Positions 1 through 11,110 of a stretch of DNA of 64,000 nucleotides are shown here, in pieces. Origin of the DNA: an uncultured Gemmatimonadales bacterium (GTDB lineage: Bacteria; Gemmatimonadota; Gemmatimonadetes; Longimicrobiales; RSA9); contig CAWCRS010000003.1 of NCBI GenBank assembly GCA_963798085.1, positions 713,573-777,572 on the forward strand, in the 5' to 3' direction. How positions within the stretch are numbered: position 1 is the stretch's first letter; the number at the start of each line of letters is the position of its first letter. A program made the translations under genes and the position numbers. Under the pieces are notes generated by a model. That model did no database searches. It was not told where the DNA came from and was given only the letters and a program-made list of their open reading frames with translations.

Positions 1-150
1 AGGTAGATTGAAAGGTAGACTGGCGGATACGTTGAACCGGCAACGACTCAGTCAACGTTTTGTAAAGGCCGTGTTACCAGGGAGGGCGGCTCACGCTGCG
101 ATCGGGCGCTGTTACACAGGCCGGATGGCTGGTGGGGCGGGGGCGTCCGC

Positions 151-2424
151 TCAGAGACTGACCTGCAGGCGATCCCCGTTGAAGGTGACGCGCCGGATGG
201 CGGTCTCACCGGCCAGGCGGACTTCAATGCGGCGACTCGCCGGCGGACGCATGTGCGACCCATCCGCAAGACGGAGTGTCAGTGTACGGTCCGCGTCGCG
301 CCACTCCATGAGCATGCGCATGCCGCCGTCCTTCTGATAATCGAGCGTCAGGCCATCGTCTTCGTACACGCTGGCCTGTCCATCCTGACCAGGATGAACC
401 ATGAGGGTGAGCGGTTCGTCGACGGGCTCGCTCGTGTACTGGCGCACGGGACCGAGCGGCAGGATGGCGCCGGCGCGCACGAAGAGCGGCGTCGTCTGCA
501 GATCGACAGGGCGCACGACTTCGCGGCCGCCTGCGAGGCGTTCGCTGGTCCAGAAGTCGTACCACTCGCCTGCGGGCAGCCAGACGGTGCGCCGGGTGAC
601 GCCTTTCTCGAGTACCGGCGCGACGAGCAGGTCACGGCCCCAGAGGTACTCGTCGGCGCGGGCCGCGGCGGCAGGGTCGTCGGGGTAGTGCAGCCAGAGC
701 GCGCGCATGACGGGCATTCCCGTGTCGTGCGTCTCGCGCGCGGCCGTGTAGAGATACGGCAGCAGGCGGTAGCGCAGCTCGAGGTATTTGCGGCAGATGG
801 GCTCGACCTGCGCGTTGTGCAATTCTTCGGGCGGCGGATTGCCGGCGCCGCCCGTGTAGTTCGCGATCTCGTCGTGACCCAGCTCGCCGGTGTTCCAGCC
901 CCATGGCAGACGCAGGTGCCAGGTGCGACCGTGCGCGCGGAACAGCGTGCAGAAGGCGCCGAACTGGAACCAGCGCACGTGCAGCTCGCCGGTGTACTCG
1001 GGCGTGGGCACGAAACCGCCGATGTCGGTGCCCCACCATGGAATGCCGCTCAACCCCGTGTTAATGGCGACCGCCACGTGCGTGCGCAGCGTTTCCCACG
1101 TCGAGTAGACATCGCCTGACCACAGGAATGCCGCGTACCTGGCCATGCCCGCATACCCGTTACGGTGCAGCGCGAAGGGTCGCTGGCCCGGGCGTAACAG
1201 TTGTGTTCCATCCCAGTACATGCGGATGCGAGCGAGGCGGGATGCAGCGTCGAGGCCATCGCCCTGATCGGGCCACCAGCCATCGATGCCCTGCTGGAAC
1301 ACCTTGCGATGGATGGGCCAGTAGCAGCCGACGCGCTGCTCGTCGGGCCAGTTCTGTCCCGAGCCGGTGGTGGCTGGTGGATCGGGGCAGGGGTCGCCGA
1401 CAGAGCCGATGAGGCGACGGCCTTCCAGCACGACGTGCAGCACGACGTGGTAGTGCAGCGCGTGCAGCTGGTCGAGCATGGCCTGCGGGTCGGGGAACAC
1501 CTTCGGGTTCCAGTCAAACTCGCCGTTACGCGTGTTCCAGCCCGACGGCGTGAAGCCGGTCCCGAGGTAGATCAGCGAATCACAGGGCAGCCGCTTTTCG
1601 CGGAAGGTGCGCGCCACCCACAGCACTTCCCCGGGTCCGGAGAGTGTGCGGTGCGACTGGTGGTAGCCGAACGACCATAGCGGCGGCAATTCGGGCCGGC
1701 CGGTCAGGCGAGCCCACTCGCCCATGATGGCGACCGGGTCCTGTGCTTCGACAATGAAGATGTCGAGCGGCAGCGCGGCGCCCGGGGGCGGTGTGAAGCG
1801 CGCGGGTGCGCTGCTGAGATCGAAGCTGCCCAGCGGCTGGTGCACATAGAGCGCCCAGCCGTCCGTGCTGACCAGCCACTGGATGGGGACGCGGCCACCG
1901 TGCGTGCGCAGCTGATAACCGCCCTGTCCGCTGCGCATGCTGTAGCTCGCGCCCCTGCGATCGAACTGCGGTCCGCCCTCGCCCATGCCGAGGATGGGGC
2001 CGCGGCCGGGATCGAACGTGATTTCGCCGGTGGCTTCGTCAATGCGCAGCTCCTGCACCATGCGCCCGTCCGGCCGCGCGATGCGCAGTCTGAGCGGCGC
2101 TTCCGCGAGCGCCACGCGGAACGCGCCCACGCTAACCGGACTGTTATCGGACGGGGCCACGCGTGTCGCCGGCGGGGGAACGGCTCCGACGAGCGCGCCA
2201 TCGTCCGGGATGGCACTGGCGGATGGGACAGCGGCCTGCACGCGGATGCGCAGGGTTGCGGGACTGACGGCGACCGCGGCGATCTCCACCGCCTGCCCGG
2301 CGATACGCAGCGCGGAGCTGCGCCAGCGCGCGGCAGGGCCGAGCAGGGCGAGCGCGGTGGACGAACCCAGCTGTCTTACGGCCTCGCGGCGCGAAATCGG
2401 GCTGCCTGCCTCGAAGTCTGTCAT
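151..2424 (-). CDS. glycoside hydrolase family 31 (alpha-glucosidase/xylosidase-like) with Tat-type signal
   Basis: 757-aa ORF. It has a twin-arginine-like leader SRREAVRQLGSSTALALL. GH31-type catalytic region motifs are present: GIDGWWPDQGDG, FLWSGDV, WWGTDIGGF. Confidence 0.8.
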   Translation of the reverse strand: MTDFEAGSPISRREAVRQLGSSTALALLGPAARWRSSALRIAGQAVEIAAVAVSPATLRIRVQAAVPSASAIPDDGALVGAVPPPATRVAPSDNSPVSVGAFRVALAEAPLRLRIARPDGRMVQELRIDEATGEITFDPGRGPILGMGEGGPQFDRRGASYSMRSGQGGYQLRTHGGRVPIQWLVSTDGWALYVHQPLGSFDLSSAPARFTPPPGAALPLDIFIVEAQDPVAIMGEWARLTGRPELPPLWSFGYHQSHRTLSGPGEVLWVARTFREKRLPCDSLIYLGTGFTPSGWNTRNGEFDWNPKVFPDPQAMLDQLHALHYHVVLHVVLEGRRLIGSVGDPCPDPPATTGSGQNWPDEQRVGCYWPIHRKVFQQGIDGWWPDQGDGLDAASRLARIRMYWDGTQLLRPGQRPFALHRNGYAGMARYAAFLWSGDVYSTWETLRTHVAVAINTGLSGIPWWGTDIGGFVPTPEYTGELHVRWFQFGAFCTLFRAHGRTWHLRLPWGWNTGELGHDEIANYTGGAGNPPPEELHNAQVEPICRKYLELRYRLLPYLYTAARETHDTGMPVMRALWLHYPDDPAAAARADEYLWGRDLLVAPVLEKGVTRRTVWLPAGEWYDFWTSERLAGGREVVRPVDLQTTPLFVRAGAILPLGPVRQYTSEPVDEPLTLMVHPGQDGQASVYEDDGLTLDYQKDGGMRMLMEWRDADRTLTLRLADGSHMRPPASRRIEVRLAGETAIRRVTFNGDRLQVSL

Positions 2425-2511
2425 CCCGCCGCGCTCCGCTCTCCGGTGTGAGACTGCGATGGTCGGACCGGAGAGTACGCGGCGGCGGTGATGCCTCGCC
2501 AGCGGCGCCGG

Positions 2512-5152
2512 TCAGCGAGCGGGCAGCGTGAAGGAAAAGAATGTTGCCCCGGCCGGGGCCGGAATCGAGCCACAGGGCGCCGCCGTGAGCGCGCACGATC
2601 TGGCGGGCCCGTGCCAGGCCGGTGACCGGCTGATCTGCCTCGCCGGTGAGCGGGTCGAAGATGGCGGCCTGCTCGTCGAGCGGGATCGGCTGGCCGTTGT
2701 CGACCACGGAGAACTGCACGGCGCTGCGCACTTCATCGGCGTACACGGTGACGCGGCCTTCGCGACCAGCGAGGCGGGCGGCGTTAGCGAGCAGTGTTGC
2801 GAACACCGCGGTTATGCGCTCCCGATCGACGAGGACAGCGGGTGCGTCGTCGTCCACTTCCGTATCCACGTGCGGGTGCGGGCCCGGCCTCGCGGTGAAA
2901 GCCTGCAGCGCGTCCTGAACCAGCTGCGCGGGTGAGAGCGGCTTCAATGTGAGTGCGGTGCGTCCTTCCTCCAGTGCCGTGAAGTCCAGCAGCTCATCGG
3001 CCAGGCGGCGCACGCGGGCGAGGTCAATGCTGGCGGCCGCGAGGCGGGCGCGGTCTTCACGGCTGCATTCGGGGGCGAGCGACTGGTCCAGCCGGTCCAG
3101 GTTGGAGGCCAGGCTGGCGAGCGGCGCGCGCAGCTCGCGGGAAGCGCGCGTCACGAACTCGGTCCTGAGCCGATCCATGTCCTCGCGCTGGCGCGCGCGG
3201 CGGGTTTCTTCCTCGAGCCGTTCGCGTTCGATGGTGGCGGCGATCTGGCGCGCGAAGACATCGAGCAGGTGCAGCTGCTCGGGATCGCGCAGGCGAGCCC
3301 CACTGGCCGGTTTCACGGCGAGCACGCCCACGGCGCCGCGCGCCGCCACCAGGGGCACGTGCAGGGCGGCGGCGCTGGGCAGGGTGTCGGTGCCGGCGCC
3401 GGCCGGCTTGCGGTGGTCGAAGGCCCACCGGGCGACGGCTAACTCATGGTTATCGAGTGACGGCCGGCCTGCCGCGGCGGCCACGTCCAGCCGGCCCTGC
3501 GCGTCCGGCAGCAGCACGGCTGCGTCGCTGCCGAACACGGCGGCAATGTGGCGCACGCCGGTCTGCAGGGCGCGATCCAGCTCGGGCGTCTGGCCCAGGT
3601 CGCGGCTCATCTCGTAGAGTGCGGCTGTCCGCTGTTCGCGGTGCCGCGCGCTCTGCGAGCGCAGCTTGAGTCGCGCCGTGAGGCTGGAGATGACGAGCGC
3701 CACGGCCAGCATCACGAGGAAGGTGATCACGTACTGCGTGTCGGAAACGGCGAAGGTGAGGTGCGGTGGCACGAAGAAGAAGTCGAACGCGGCGACGCTC
3801 AGGATGGAGGCCAGAATGGATGGCCGGCGGCCCAGGCGTGCCGCCACCATGGTGATGGCGAGCAGGAATACCATCACGATGTTAACGAGTTCGAACCAGG
3901 GCCGCATCGCGCTGCCGATGAGGGTGCAGGCGACGACCGCGAGCATGGCCCACAGGTAACCGCTGCGCGCGTCCTCGACGGGTGCAGCCACGCGTCGCGG
4001 CACGGCCTCCTCGCCCGGCTCGCCGCTGATCACGTACACATCGACGTCGCCGCTGGCGCGCACCACGTTGTCGAGCAGCGAGCCGAGGAGTCGGTCGCGG
4101 ATGCGCGTGTGCGCGGGCTTGCCCACGACCAGCTTGGTGACGTTGTGCGTGCGCGCGTAACTCAACAGCTCGGTGGCCGTGTCGGTGCCGCTGACACTCA
4201 CCGTGTGGCCGCCCAGCTGTTCGGCCAGGCGCAGTGTTTCCCAGACGCGGGAGCGGTCCGCCTCGGACCAGCTGGTGTACGCCGGTGTTTCCACGAATGC
4301 GGCGATCCATTCGGCGCCGAGCCGTTCCGCCATGCGCTTGGTGGCGCGCACCAGCCGTTGTGAGCTGGGCGCCGCGCCCACGGCGACGAGCACCCGTTCG
4401 CGCACCGGCCAGGTTTCGGCGACACCTGTGGCGCGGCGATACACCTGCATCTGGGCGTCGACGCGTTCCGCGAGGTGTCGCAGCGCGAGCTGGCGGAGTG
4501 CGATGAGGTTTCCCTTGCGGAAGAAGGACTGCGCCGCTCTCGTCGCCTGCTCCGGCACATAGACCTTGCCCTCGCGCAGGCGCTGCAGCAGTTCCCCGGG
4601 TGGCAGATCCACGAGTTCGATCTCGTCCGCCTGCTCGAGCACGGCGTCAGGAACGGTTTCGCGCACGCGCACGTGTGTGATGCGGGCGACGACATCGTTC
4701 AGGCTCTCGAGGTGCTGCACGTTCATCGCCGCGTACACGTCGATGCCGGCATCGAGCAGTTCCTCGACATCCTGCCAGCGTTTGACGTGGCGCGAGCCGG
4801 GTGCGTTCGTGTGCGCCAGCTCATCGACAAGGATGAGTGCGGGGTGGCGTGCGAGTGCGCCGTCGAGGTCGAATTCCGTGAGCGTGACGCCGCCGTGCGC
4901 AATGCTGCGGCGAGGCAGTACTTCGAGGCCGTCGAGCAGCGCTTCGGTCTCGGCGCGGCCGTGCGTTTCGATGACGCCGACCACGACATCGGTGGCGGCG
5001 CGCTGCTGCAGATGCGCGGCTTCGAGCATGGCGTAGGTCTTGCCCACGCCTGCCGCCGCCCCCAGGAAGACCTTGAGGCGGCCGCGCTTTCGTTCGGCTT
5101 CGACCTTCACCTGCGCGAGCAGGGCGTCTGGATCGGGGCGTGCGTTCTCCAC
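2512..5152 (-). CDS. kdpD: KdpD-family sensor protein (KdpD N-domain + Usp-like + 4-TM + GAF + degenerate His-less kinase core); 3' frameshift
   Basis: N-terminal KdpD P-loop (GAAAGVGKTYAML), then a TM block, GAF, DHp and CA-like region. The H-box reads SRELRAPL, with Arg (CGC, 3137-3139) where the phospho-His is expected. The G1 and G2 boxes are degenerate. The track ORF runs on to 2144 into the GH31 gene. The canonical kinase end ...GATFFSFTLPAR* lies in another frame (ORF 2512..2736). One nt at the C4 run 2547-2550 restores it. Confidence 0.8.
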
Positions 5153-5205
5153 GCTAACCGTTCGTCAGAAGTCGGCGTCCCCTGTGCAACCGTGCGCGCT
5201 CTGCA

Positions 5206-5811
5206 TCATTGCGACGGCCCGCCCCTGGCCCCGCCCGCGCGGGCCAGAGAATCGAGCGCGAGGTTCAGGCGCAGCACGTTTACGCGCGGCTCACCCAGAA
5301 AGCCGAACGTGCGGCCCTGCACATGACGATGCACGAGCGCATTCACCGAATCAACAGACAGGCTGCGCGCCATGGCCACGCGGTGCGCCTGGTAGAGCGC
5401 CGCCGCGGGCGAGATATCGGGATCGAGACCGCTGCTCGACGCAGTGACGAGGTCGACGGGCACCGGTCCGGTCACCGTGGGGTCCGCTGCATGCAGCTCG
5501 TTCACGCGCGCAGCAACAGCCTTTGCCAGGTCCTCACTGGTCGGCCCGTAGTTCGAGCCCGAGGAACTCGCGGCATTGTACGGCTGCGGCCCGGTTGCAG
5601 ACAGACGGCTCCAGAACCACTCGGGCCCACTGAAGCGCTGGCCAATGAGCGCGGAGCCGACCACGACGTTGTCGCGGCTGATCAGACTGCCATTGGCCTG
5701 ACGCGGGAACACCAGCTGGGCGAAGCCGGTCATGACCAGCGGGTAGAGGATCCCGGTGAGCAGCGTGAAGGCCGCCAGCATGATAACCGCAGGTTTGAGT
5801 TGTTCGCGCAT
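5206..5811 (-). CDS. kdpC: potassium-transporting ATPase subunit KdpC
   Basis: 201 aa with an N-terminal TM and KdpC-family sequence (LLTGILYPLVMTGFAQLVFPRQANGSLI). It sits between kdpB and kdpD. Confidence 0.9.
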   Translation of the reverse strand: MREQLKPAVIMLAAFTLLTGILYPLVMTGFAQLVFPRQANGSLISRDNVVVGSALIGQRFSGPEWFWSRLSATGPQPYNAASSSGSNYGPTSEDLAKAVAARVNELHAADPTVTGPVPVDLVTASSSGLDPDISPAAALYQAHRVAMARSLSVDSVNALVHRHVQGRTFGFLGEPRVNVLRLNLALDSLARAGGARGGPSQ

Positions 5812-5827
5812 GGTTGTTTCCTCCGCG

Positions 5828-7900
5828 TCACACGAGGCGCAATGTGACGAGCAGCATGTCCACGATCTTGATGCCGATGAAGGGCGCGATCAGACCGCCC
5901 ACGCCGTAGACCAGCAGATTGTCCCGCAGCAGCCTCGCCGCCGCCTTTGCCCGGTACTTCACGCCCTTGAGCGCCAGCGGGATCAGGGCAACGATGATCA
6001 GCGCGTTGAAGATGACGGCGGAGAGGATGGCGCTCTCGGGTGTGGCCAGGTGCATGATGTTGAGCGCATTGAGCTCCGGGTAAGTCGCCACGAACGCAGC
6101 GGGAAGAATCGCGAAATACTTGGCCACGTCGTTGGCGATGCTGAACGTGGTCAGCGAGCCGCGGGTCATGAGCAGCTGTTTGCCGATCTCGACGATCTCG
6201 AGCAGCTTCGTGGGGTTGGAGTCGAGGTCGACCATGTTCGCGGCCTCGCGGGCGGCCTGCGTGCCCGCGTTCATGGCGACCGCGACATCCGCCTGCGCCA
6301 GTGCCGGCGCGTCGTTCGTGCCATCGCCGGTCATGGCGACGAGGTGACCCCCTTCCTGGTGCTTCCTGATAAGCTTGAGTTTGTCCTCCGGCGTGGCTTC
6401 GGCAAGGAAGTCGTCGACGCCGGCCTCCGCGGCAATCGCCGCCGCAGTAAGCGGGTTGTCGCCCGTGATCATGACCGTGCGGATGCCCATGGCGCGCAGG
6501 TCACCGAAGCGCTCGCGGATGCCGCCCTTCACAATGTCCTTGAGGTTGATGGCGCCGAGGACGCGCTCGTTCTCGGAGACGACGAGCGGCGTGCCGCCGC
6601 TGCGCGCAATGCGCTCGACGGACTGCACGACATCCGGCGGCATGGTGCCACCCAGAGTGGTGACGTGGGCGGTGATCGCGTCAGGCGCGCCCTTGCGCAG
6701 CACCCGTCCGTCGAGGTTGGCGCCGCTCATGCGCAGCTGCGCGGAGAAGGGAACGAACTGCGCGTGCAGCTGGTGCACGTCGCGCTGGCGCAGATTGAAC
6801 TGCTGCTTTGCCAGCACGACAATGCTGCGTCCCTCGGGCGTTTCATCGGCGAGCGAGGCGAGCTGCGCCGCATCGCCCAGGCGGCTGGCCTCGATGCCCG
6901 CGGCCGGCACGAACTCGACGGCCTGGCGGTTGCCCAGCGTGATGGTGCCGGTCTTGTCGAGCAGCAGCACATCGACATCACCGGCGGCCTCGACCGCGCG
7001 CCCCGATGTGGCAATGACGTTCGCCTGGATCATGCGATCCATTCCGGCAATGCCGATGGCGGAGAGCAGCGCGCCAATGGTGGTCGGGATGAGGCAGACG
7101 AGCAGTGCGGTCACCACGGTGATGCTGATGGGGCTACCGTGGCCCGCCTGGGCAACACTGAGGAGCGAGAAGGGCACCAGCGTCGCGCAGGCGAGCAGGA
7201 AGATGATGGTGAACGCGGCGAGCAGAATGTCGAGCGCGATCTCGTTGGGCGTTTTCTGGCGCGCGGCGCCCTCGACCAGCCCGATCATGCGATCGAGGAA
7301 CGACTGTCCCGGTTCGGCGGTCACGCGGACCACGAGCCAGTCCGACAGCACGCGCGTGCCGCCGGTCACGCCGCTGCGGTCCCCGCCCGCCTCCCGGATG
7401 ACGGGCGCGCTTTCGCCGGTGATCGCGCTCTCATCGACGGAGGCGACGCCCTGGATCACCTCGCCATCGGCGGGGATCACATCGCCGGCGACGCACAGCA
7501 CCACCTCGTCTCGTTTCAGTGACGATGCCGCGACCAGTTCGTATAACTCGCGGTTATCGGGGTCGAGCAGCTGCCTGGCCTTTGTCTCGGTGCGCGTGCG
7601 CCGCAGCGCGTCGGCCTGCGCCTTGCCTCGACCCTCCGCCATCGCTTCCGCGAAGTTGGCGAACAGCACCGTGAACCACAGCCAGATGGACACGGCGATG
7701 ATGAAGCCGGCCGGTGCCTCGCCGTGTCCGCGCAGCGCCTGCAATCCGAGGCCGGTGGTGAGGGCGGCGCCCACCAGCACCACGAACATCACCGGATTCC
7801 GGATCTGATGTCGCGGGCTCAGCTTGAGGAAGGCGTCGCCGAGCGCGCGACGGGCGATCCGCGGATCGAACAGGGAGCGACGTTCAATGCGTTCAGACAT
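5828..7900 (-). CDS. kdpB: potassium-transporting P-type ATPase subunit KdpB
   Basis: 690 aa. P-type ATPase motifs are present: [30 protein letters not shown]. Confidence 0.95.
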   Translation of the reverse strand: MSERIERRSLFDPRIARRALGDAFLKLSPRHQIRNPVMFVVLVGAALTTGLGLQALRGHGEAPAGFIIAVSIWLWFTVLFANFAEAMAEGRGKAQADALRRTRTETKARQLLDPDNRELYELVAASSLKRDEVVLCVAGDVIPADGEVIQGVASVDESAITGESAPVIREAGGDRSGVTGGTRVLSDWLVVRVTAEPGQSFLDRMIGLVEGAARQKTPNEIALDILLAAFTIIFLLACATLVPFSLLSVAQAGHGSPISITVVTALLVCLIPTTIGALLSAIGIAGMDRMIQANVIATSGRAVEAAGDVDVLLLDKTGTITLGNRQAVEFVPAAGIEASRLGDAAQLASLADETPEGRSIVVLAKQQFNLRQRDVHQLHAQFVPFSAQLRMSGANLDGRVLRKGAPDAITAHVTTLGGTMPPDVVQSVERIARSGGTPLVVSENERVLGAINLKDIVKGGIRERFGDLRAMGIRTVMITGDNPLTAAAIAAEAGVDDFLAEATPEDKLKLIRKHQEGGHLVAMTGDGTNDAPALAQADVAVAMNAGTQAAREAANMVDLDSNPTKLLEIVEIGKQLLMTRGSLTTFSIANDVAKYFAILPAAFVATYPELNALNIMHLATPESAILSAVIFNALIIVALIPLALKGVKYRAKAAARLLRDNLLVYGVGGLIAPFIGIKIVDMLLVTLRLV

Positions 7901-7914
7901 GATCAGGTCCGGGT

Positions 7915-9657
7915 TCAGTGAAGCATCTGGAGGTGCTCGACAATGGGACCGAGCGCGAGCGCCGGCAGGAACGTGAGCGCACCTACGATGAGCACGACGC
8001 CGACCAGCAGCGCCACGAACAGCGGCGTGTGCGTGGGCAGCGTGCCGGCACCCGCCGGCACCGTCTTCTTGCGCGCGAGCGAGCCCGCAATGGCGAGCAC
8101 GGGGATCATGAGCCAGAAGCGAGCGATCAGCATGGCGATGCCGCCGATGGTGTCCACCAGCGGAACGGCCGCGTTGTAGCCGGCGAACGCGCTGCCATTG
8201 TTGTTGCCCATGGAGCTGTACGCGTACAGGATCTCGCTGAATCCGTGCGCGCCGGTGTTGTGCAGCGAGGCCGCGCCCGCGGGTGCGGCCGCCGTAATGG
8301 CCGTGGCGAGCAGCACGACCGCGGGCGGGATGAGGATGCAGAGCGCGGCCATCTTCATCTCGAACGGCTCGATCTTCTTGCCCAGGTACTCCGGTGTGCG
8401 ACCCACCATGAGGCCGGACACGAAGACCGCGACAATGGCGAACATGAGCATGCCGTAGAGGCCCGAGCCCACGCCGCCGTACACGACCTCACCCAGCTGC
8501 ATCAGCACCATGGGCACCAGCCCTCCCAGCGGCGTATACGAGTCGTGCATGGAGTTGACGGAACCGTTGGAGGCGGCGGTCGTCGTGGTCGCCCATAACG
8601 CGGAGTTAGTGATGCCGAAACGGACCTCCTTGCCTTCCATGTTGCCGCCGGACTGGAGCTGACTGACGGTCTGGTCGGCGCCCAGCGCGCTGAGCCGCGG
8701 ATTGCCGTGCTGCTCGGCCCGGAAACAGAGCGCGAGAAAGCCGACGAGGATGATGGTCATGGCGGCGAGGAGGGCCCAGCCCTGGCGCGTGTCGCCGACC
8801 ATGCGACCGAACGTGTAGCACACTGCGCCCGAGATCACGAGAATGCTGAGCAGCTCGAAGAAGTTGGAGATGGGCGTGGGGTTCTCCAGCGGGTGCGACG
8901 AGTTCACGTTGAAGAAGCCGCCGCCGTTCGTGCCCAGCTGCTTGATCGCGACCTGCGAAGCCGCGGGTCCGAGCGCGATGGTCTGCGCGCTGATCGCCTT
9001 GCCCGCCGCGTCCGCGGCGGGCTGCACGAGCTGCGCGCTGACGGAACCGTGCAGCGTCTGCACGACGCCCTGCGAGATGAGGATGACCGCGAGTACAATG
9101 GAGAGCGGCAGCAGGATGTAGAGTGTGCTGCGTGTCAGGTCCACCCAGAAGTTGCCGATCGTCTTTTCCTCGCGGCGGGAGAAGCCGCGGAACAGCGCCA
9201 CCATGACGGCGAGGCCGGCCGCGGCGGAGACGAAGTTCTGGACCGTGAGCCCGGCCATCTGTACGAAATGGCTGAGCGTGGTTTCGCCGCCATAGGCCTG
9301 CCAGTTGGTGTTCGTCGCGAAGCTGGCGGCCGTGTTGAAGGCGAGGTGCGACGTGACCGCGGTGAAGCCCTGCGGATCGAGCGGCAGCACGCCCTGCAGC
9401 CGCTGCAGCGCGTAGACGACGAGCAGGCTGAGCATGCTGAAGAGCATCACGGCGATGGCGTACGTCTGCCAGCTCATCTCGGCGTCTTCGCGCACGCCAC
9501 TGATGCGGTAGAAGAACCGCTCGATGGGGTCGAGTGCCGGCGTCAGCCAGGTGCGCCGGCCCTCGTAGACCCGGACCATGTAGATGCCCAGCGGCTTCGC
9601 CAGTGCCAGCAGCACGAGCAGGTAGAAGCCGAGCTGGAGAAATGCGTTCGTGGTCAT
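7915..9657 (-). CDS. kdpA: potassium-transporting ATPase subunit KdpA
   Basis: 580-aa polytopic membrane protein with a KdpA-type N-terminus ([21 protein letters not shown]). The start codon overlaps the kdpF stop (ATGA). Confidence 0.95.
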   Translation of the reverse strand: MTTNAFLQLGFYLLVLLALAKPLGIYMVRVYEGRRTWLTPALDPIERFFYRISGVREDAEMSWQTYAIAVMLFSMLSLLVVYALQRLQGVLPLDPQGFTAVTSHLAFNTAASFATNTNWQAYGGETTLSHFVQMAGLTVQNFVSAAAGLAVMVALFRGFSRREEKTIGNFWVDLTRSTLYILLPLSIVLAVILISQGVVQTLHGSVSAQLVQPAADAAGKAISAQTIALGPAASQVAIKQLGTNGGGFFNVNSSHPLENPTPISNFFELLSILVISGAVCYTFGRMVGDTRQGWALLAAMTIILVGFLALCFRAEQHGNPRLSALGADQTVSQLQSGGNMEGKEVRFGITNSALWATTTTAASNGSVNSMHDSYTPLGGLVPMVLMQLGEVVYGGVGSGLYGMLMFAIVAVFVSGLMVGRTPEYLGKKIEPFEMKMAALCILIPPAVVLLATAITAAAPAGAASLHNTGAHGFSEILYAYSSMGNNNGSAFAGYNAAVPLVDTIGGIAMLIARFWLMIPVLAIAGSLARKKTVPAGAGTLPTHTPLFVALLVGVVLIVGALTFLPALALGPIVEHLQMLH

Positions 9658-9746
9658 GACAGTCGCTCCGGGTAGAGGAGGGCGACGAAGAGGTAGACGA
9701 GGAGCGCGGCAGCGATGATGATGCCCAGAACGTAGATCGCGGTCAT
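9654..9746 (-). CDS. kdpF: KdpF-like small hydrophobic subunit (30 codons; not in ORF track)
   Basis: Hand translation gives [30 protein letters not shown]. The stop overlaps the kdpA ATG. Position and length are typical of kdpF. Confidence 0.6.
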   Translation of the reverse strand: MTAIYVLGIIIAAALLVYLFVALLYPERLS

Positions 9747-9819
9747 TGTGGTTCCTTCCGTTGCTCGAGAGCGCGGAGAGATCTCACGCGGAGGCGCGGA
9801 GGCACGGAGAACAGCGGAG

Positions 9820-9903
9820 TCACAGGCGCTCGATCAGTTTGATGAAGCCGAGGGACGCTGCGAAGAACAGCAGTGTCAGCGCAATGTAGAGTACGTCGGC
9901 CAT
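9820..9903 (-). CDS. 27-codon hydrophobic ORF upstream of kdpF (hypothetical)
   Basis: Hand translation gives MADVLYIALTLLFFAASLGFIKLIERL*. It would form a single TM helix. It lies between the porin-like gene and kdpF on the same strand. Confidence 0.3.
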   Translation of the reverse strand: MADVLYIALTLLFFAASLGFIKLIERL

Positions 9904-9936
9904 GGGAACGCTCCCGGTAGTGGATCAGGGTTCGCA

Positions 9937-11010
9937 TCAGAGTGTGATCGCAAGGGATGACAGCAGAAAGCCGTCGCGGCGGCCGGGTCCGTTGTGACCG
10001 GGCCAGACGCGCGCGTCCGAGCCGAACAGGCGGGCCTCCACGCGCAGCAGCACGTTAGACGACGGGCTGTGGTCCAGGTTCACGGAGCCGCCGCTGGTCA
10101 CGAAGCCATTGGCGCCGCCGGTGCTGACCACGACCTGGTCGGGATCATGGAAGTATTCTGCGCGCAGTCCCGCGGCCCAGGTCGGGCTCAGCGTGACGTG
10201 GCCGAGCAGCGCGGCCCCATACCACTGCGCGTTGCCCCCGGACGGTCGCTCCTGTGTGCCGAAATCGAAGACGCCGGCGACGGAGACGTGGTCGGACGCC
10301 GTGATCTGGGCATAGGTGTCCTGGAAATAGCGGAGCTGGCGCGGCGGCAATGTGCTGCCTTCCGCGTCTGCCGCTTCGTTGCCGATGTAGTTGCTGTAGT
10401 TGAGCAGCAGCTTCGGTGATGCCTGGTACGTCAGCTGCACGCCCACGGACTTGGCGTTATTCGTCTCGTGGATGTTCTGCCAGCCGTTGAGCACCAGCAC
10501 CGCGGCGGTCAGCTTCGTGGATGCCTGCACGGTCAGGCGGGCGCCGGTCTCGAAGAACGGCGAATAGTCCGCCATGAGCGAGCGGCTGACGGTCCAGTCC
10601 GAAGCCGAGACGGTCGACTCGAAGCCAATGTGGGAAGGCAGCACACCTGCGTCGAGCCACGTCTTCGAGCCGAGCGCAATGCCGCCCCACGCCTCGAGAA
10701 TGTGCTGCAGCAGCTGCGGCTCGGCGGCGTAGTTCGCCTGCACGTAGGTACCCGTTGCCAGCGTCACATTGGCACGGGCGCGCTCGCCCGTGTAGCGCGC
10801 CCGCAGAAGCGCGAGGTTCACATTGAACTCGTTGTGGCGCAGCGGCTGCGTGGTGAACGCGCGATTGCGATCGAGCGGCCGGTTGAAATCGAACGCATAG
10901 TAGAAATCGACGAAGCCATCGAGCCTCGTTGCGGGCTGCGGCGTCTGCGCCGTTGCGCCGGCCGGCACCAGCAGCGCCAGCCAGCCCAGCCCCCGTCCCG
11001 GCCTCGACAT
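9937..11010 (-). CDS. outer-membrane beta-barrel / porin-like protein heading the kdp cluster
   Basis: 357 aa with a signal peptide (WLALLVPAGATAQ). It shows an alternating hydrophobic beta-strand pattern rich in Y, G and N. It is co-directional with kdpFABC. Confidence 0.45.
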   Translation of the reverse strand: MSRPGRGLGWLALLVPAGATAQTPQPATRLDGFVDFYYAFDFNRPLDRNRAFTTQPLRHNEFNVNLALLRARYTGERARANVTLATGTYVQANYAAEPQLLQHILEAWGGIALGSKTWLDAGVLPSHIGFESTVSASDWTVSRSLMADYSPFFETGARLTVQASTKLTAAVLVLNGWQNIHETNNAKSVGVQLTYQASPKLLLNYSNYIGNEAADAEGSTLPPRQLRYFQDTYAQITASDHVSVAGVFDFGTQERPSGGNAQWYGAALLGHVTLSPTWAAGLRAEYFHDPDQVVVSTGGANGFVTSGGSVNLDHSPSSNVLLRVEARLFGSDARVWPGHNGPGRRDGFLLSSLAITL

Positions 11011-11110
11011 CGTTTCCTCCCGACATGGGTGATCCAGCAGGACGCCACGAATCTGAGCTCTGCGCCGTCATGCGGGCACAAACGCGCGGGGCCCTCCGAT
11101 TAAGGAGTTG

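Noticed and set aside
2144-2511. A 120-aa C-terminal extension of the KdpD ORF that overlaps the start of the GH31 gene by 281 nt.
   Set aside because: The tail is Arg/Pro/Gly-rich nonsense. The canonical kinase terminus (GATFFSFTLPAR*) lies in another frame and ends at 2512, so the extension is a run-on after a 1-nt indel.
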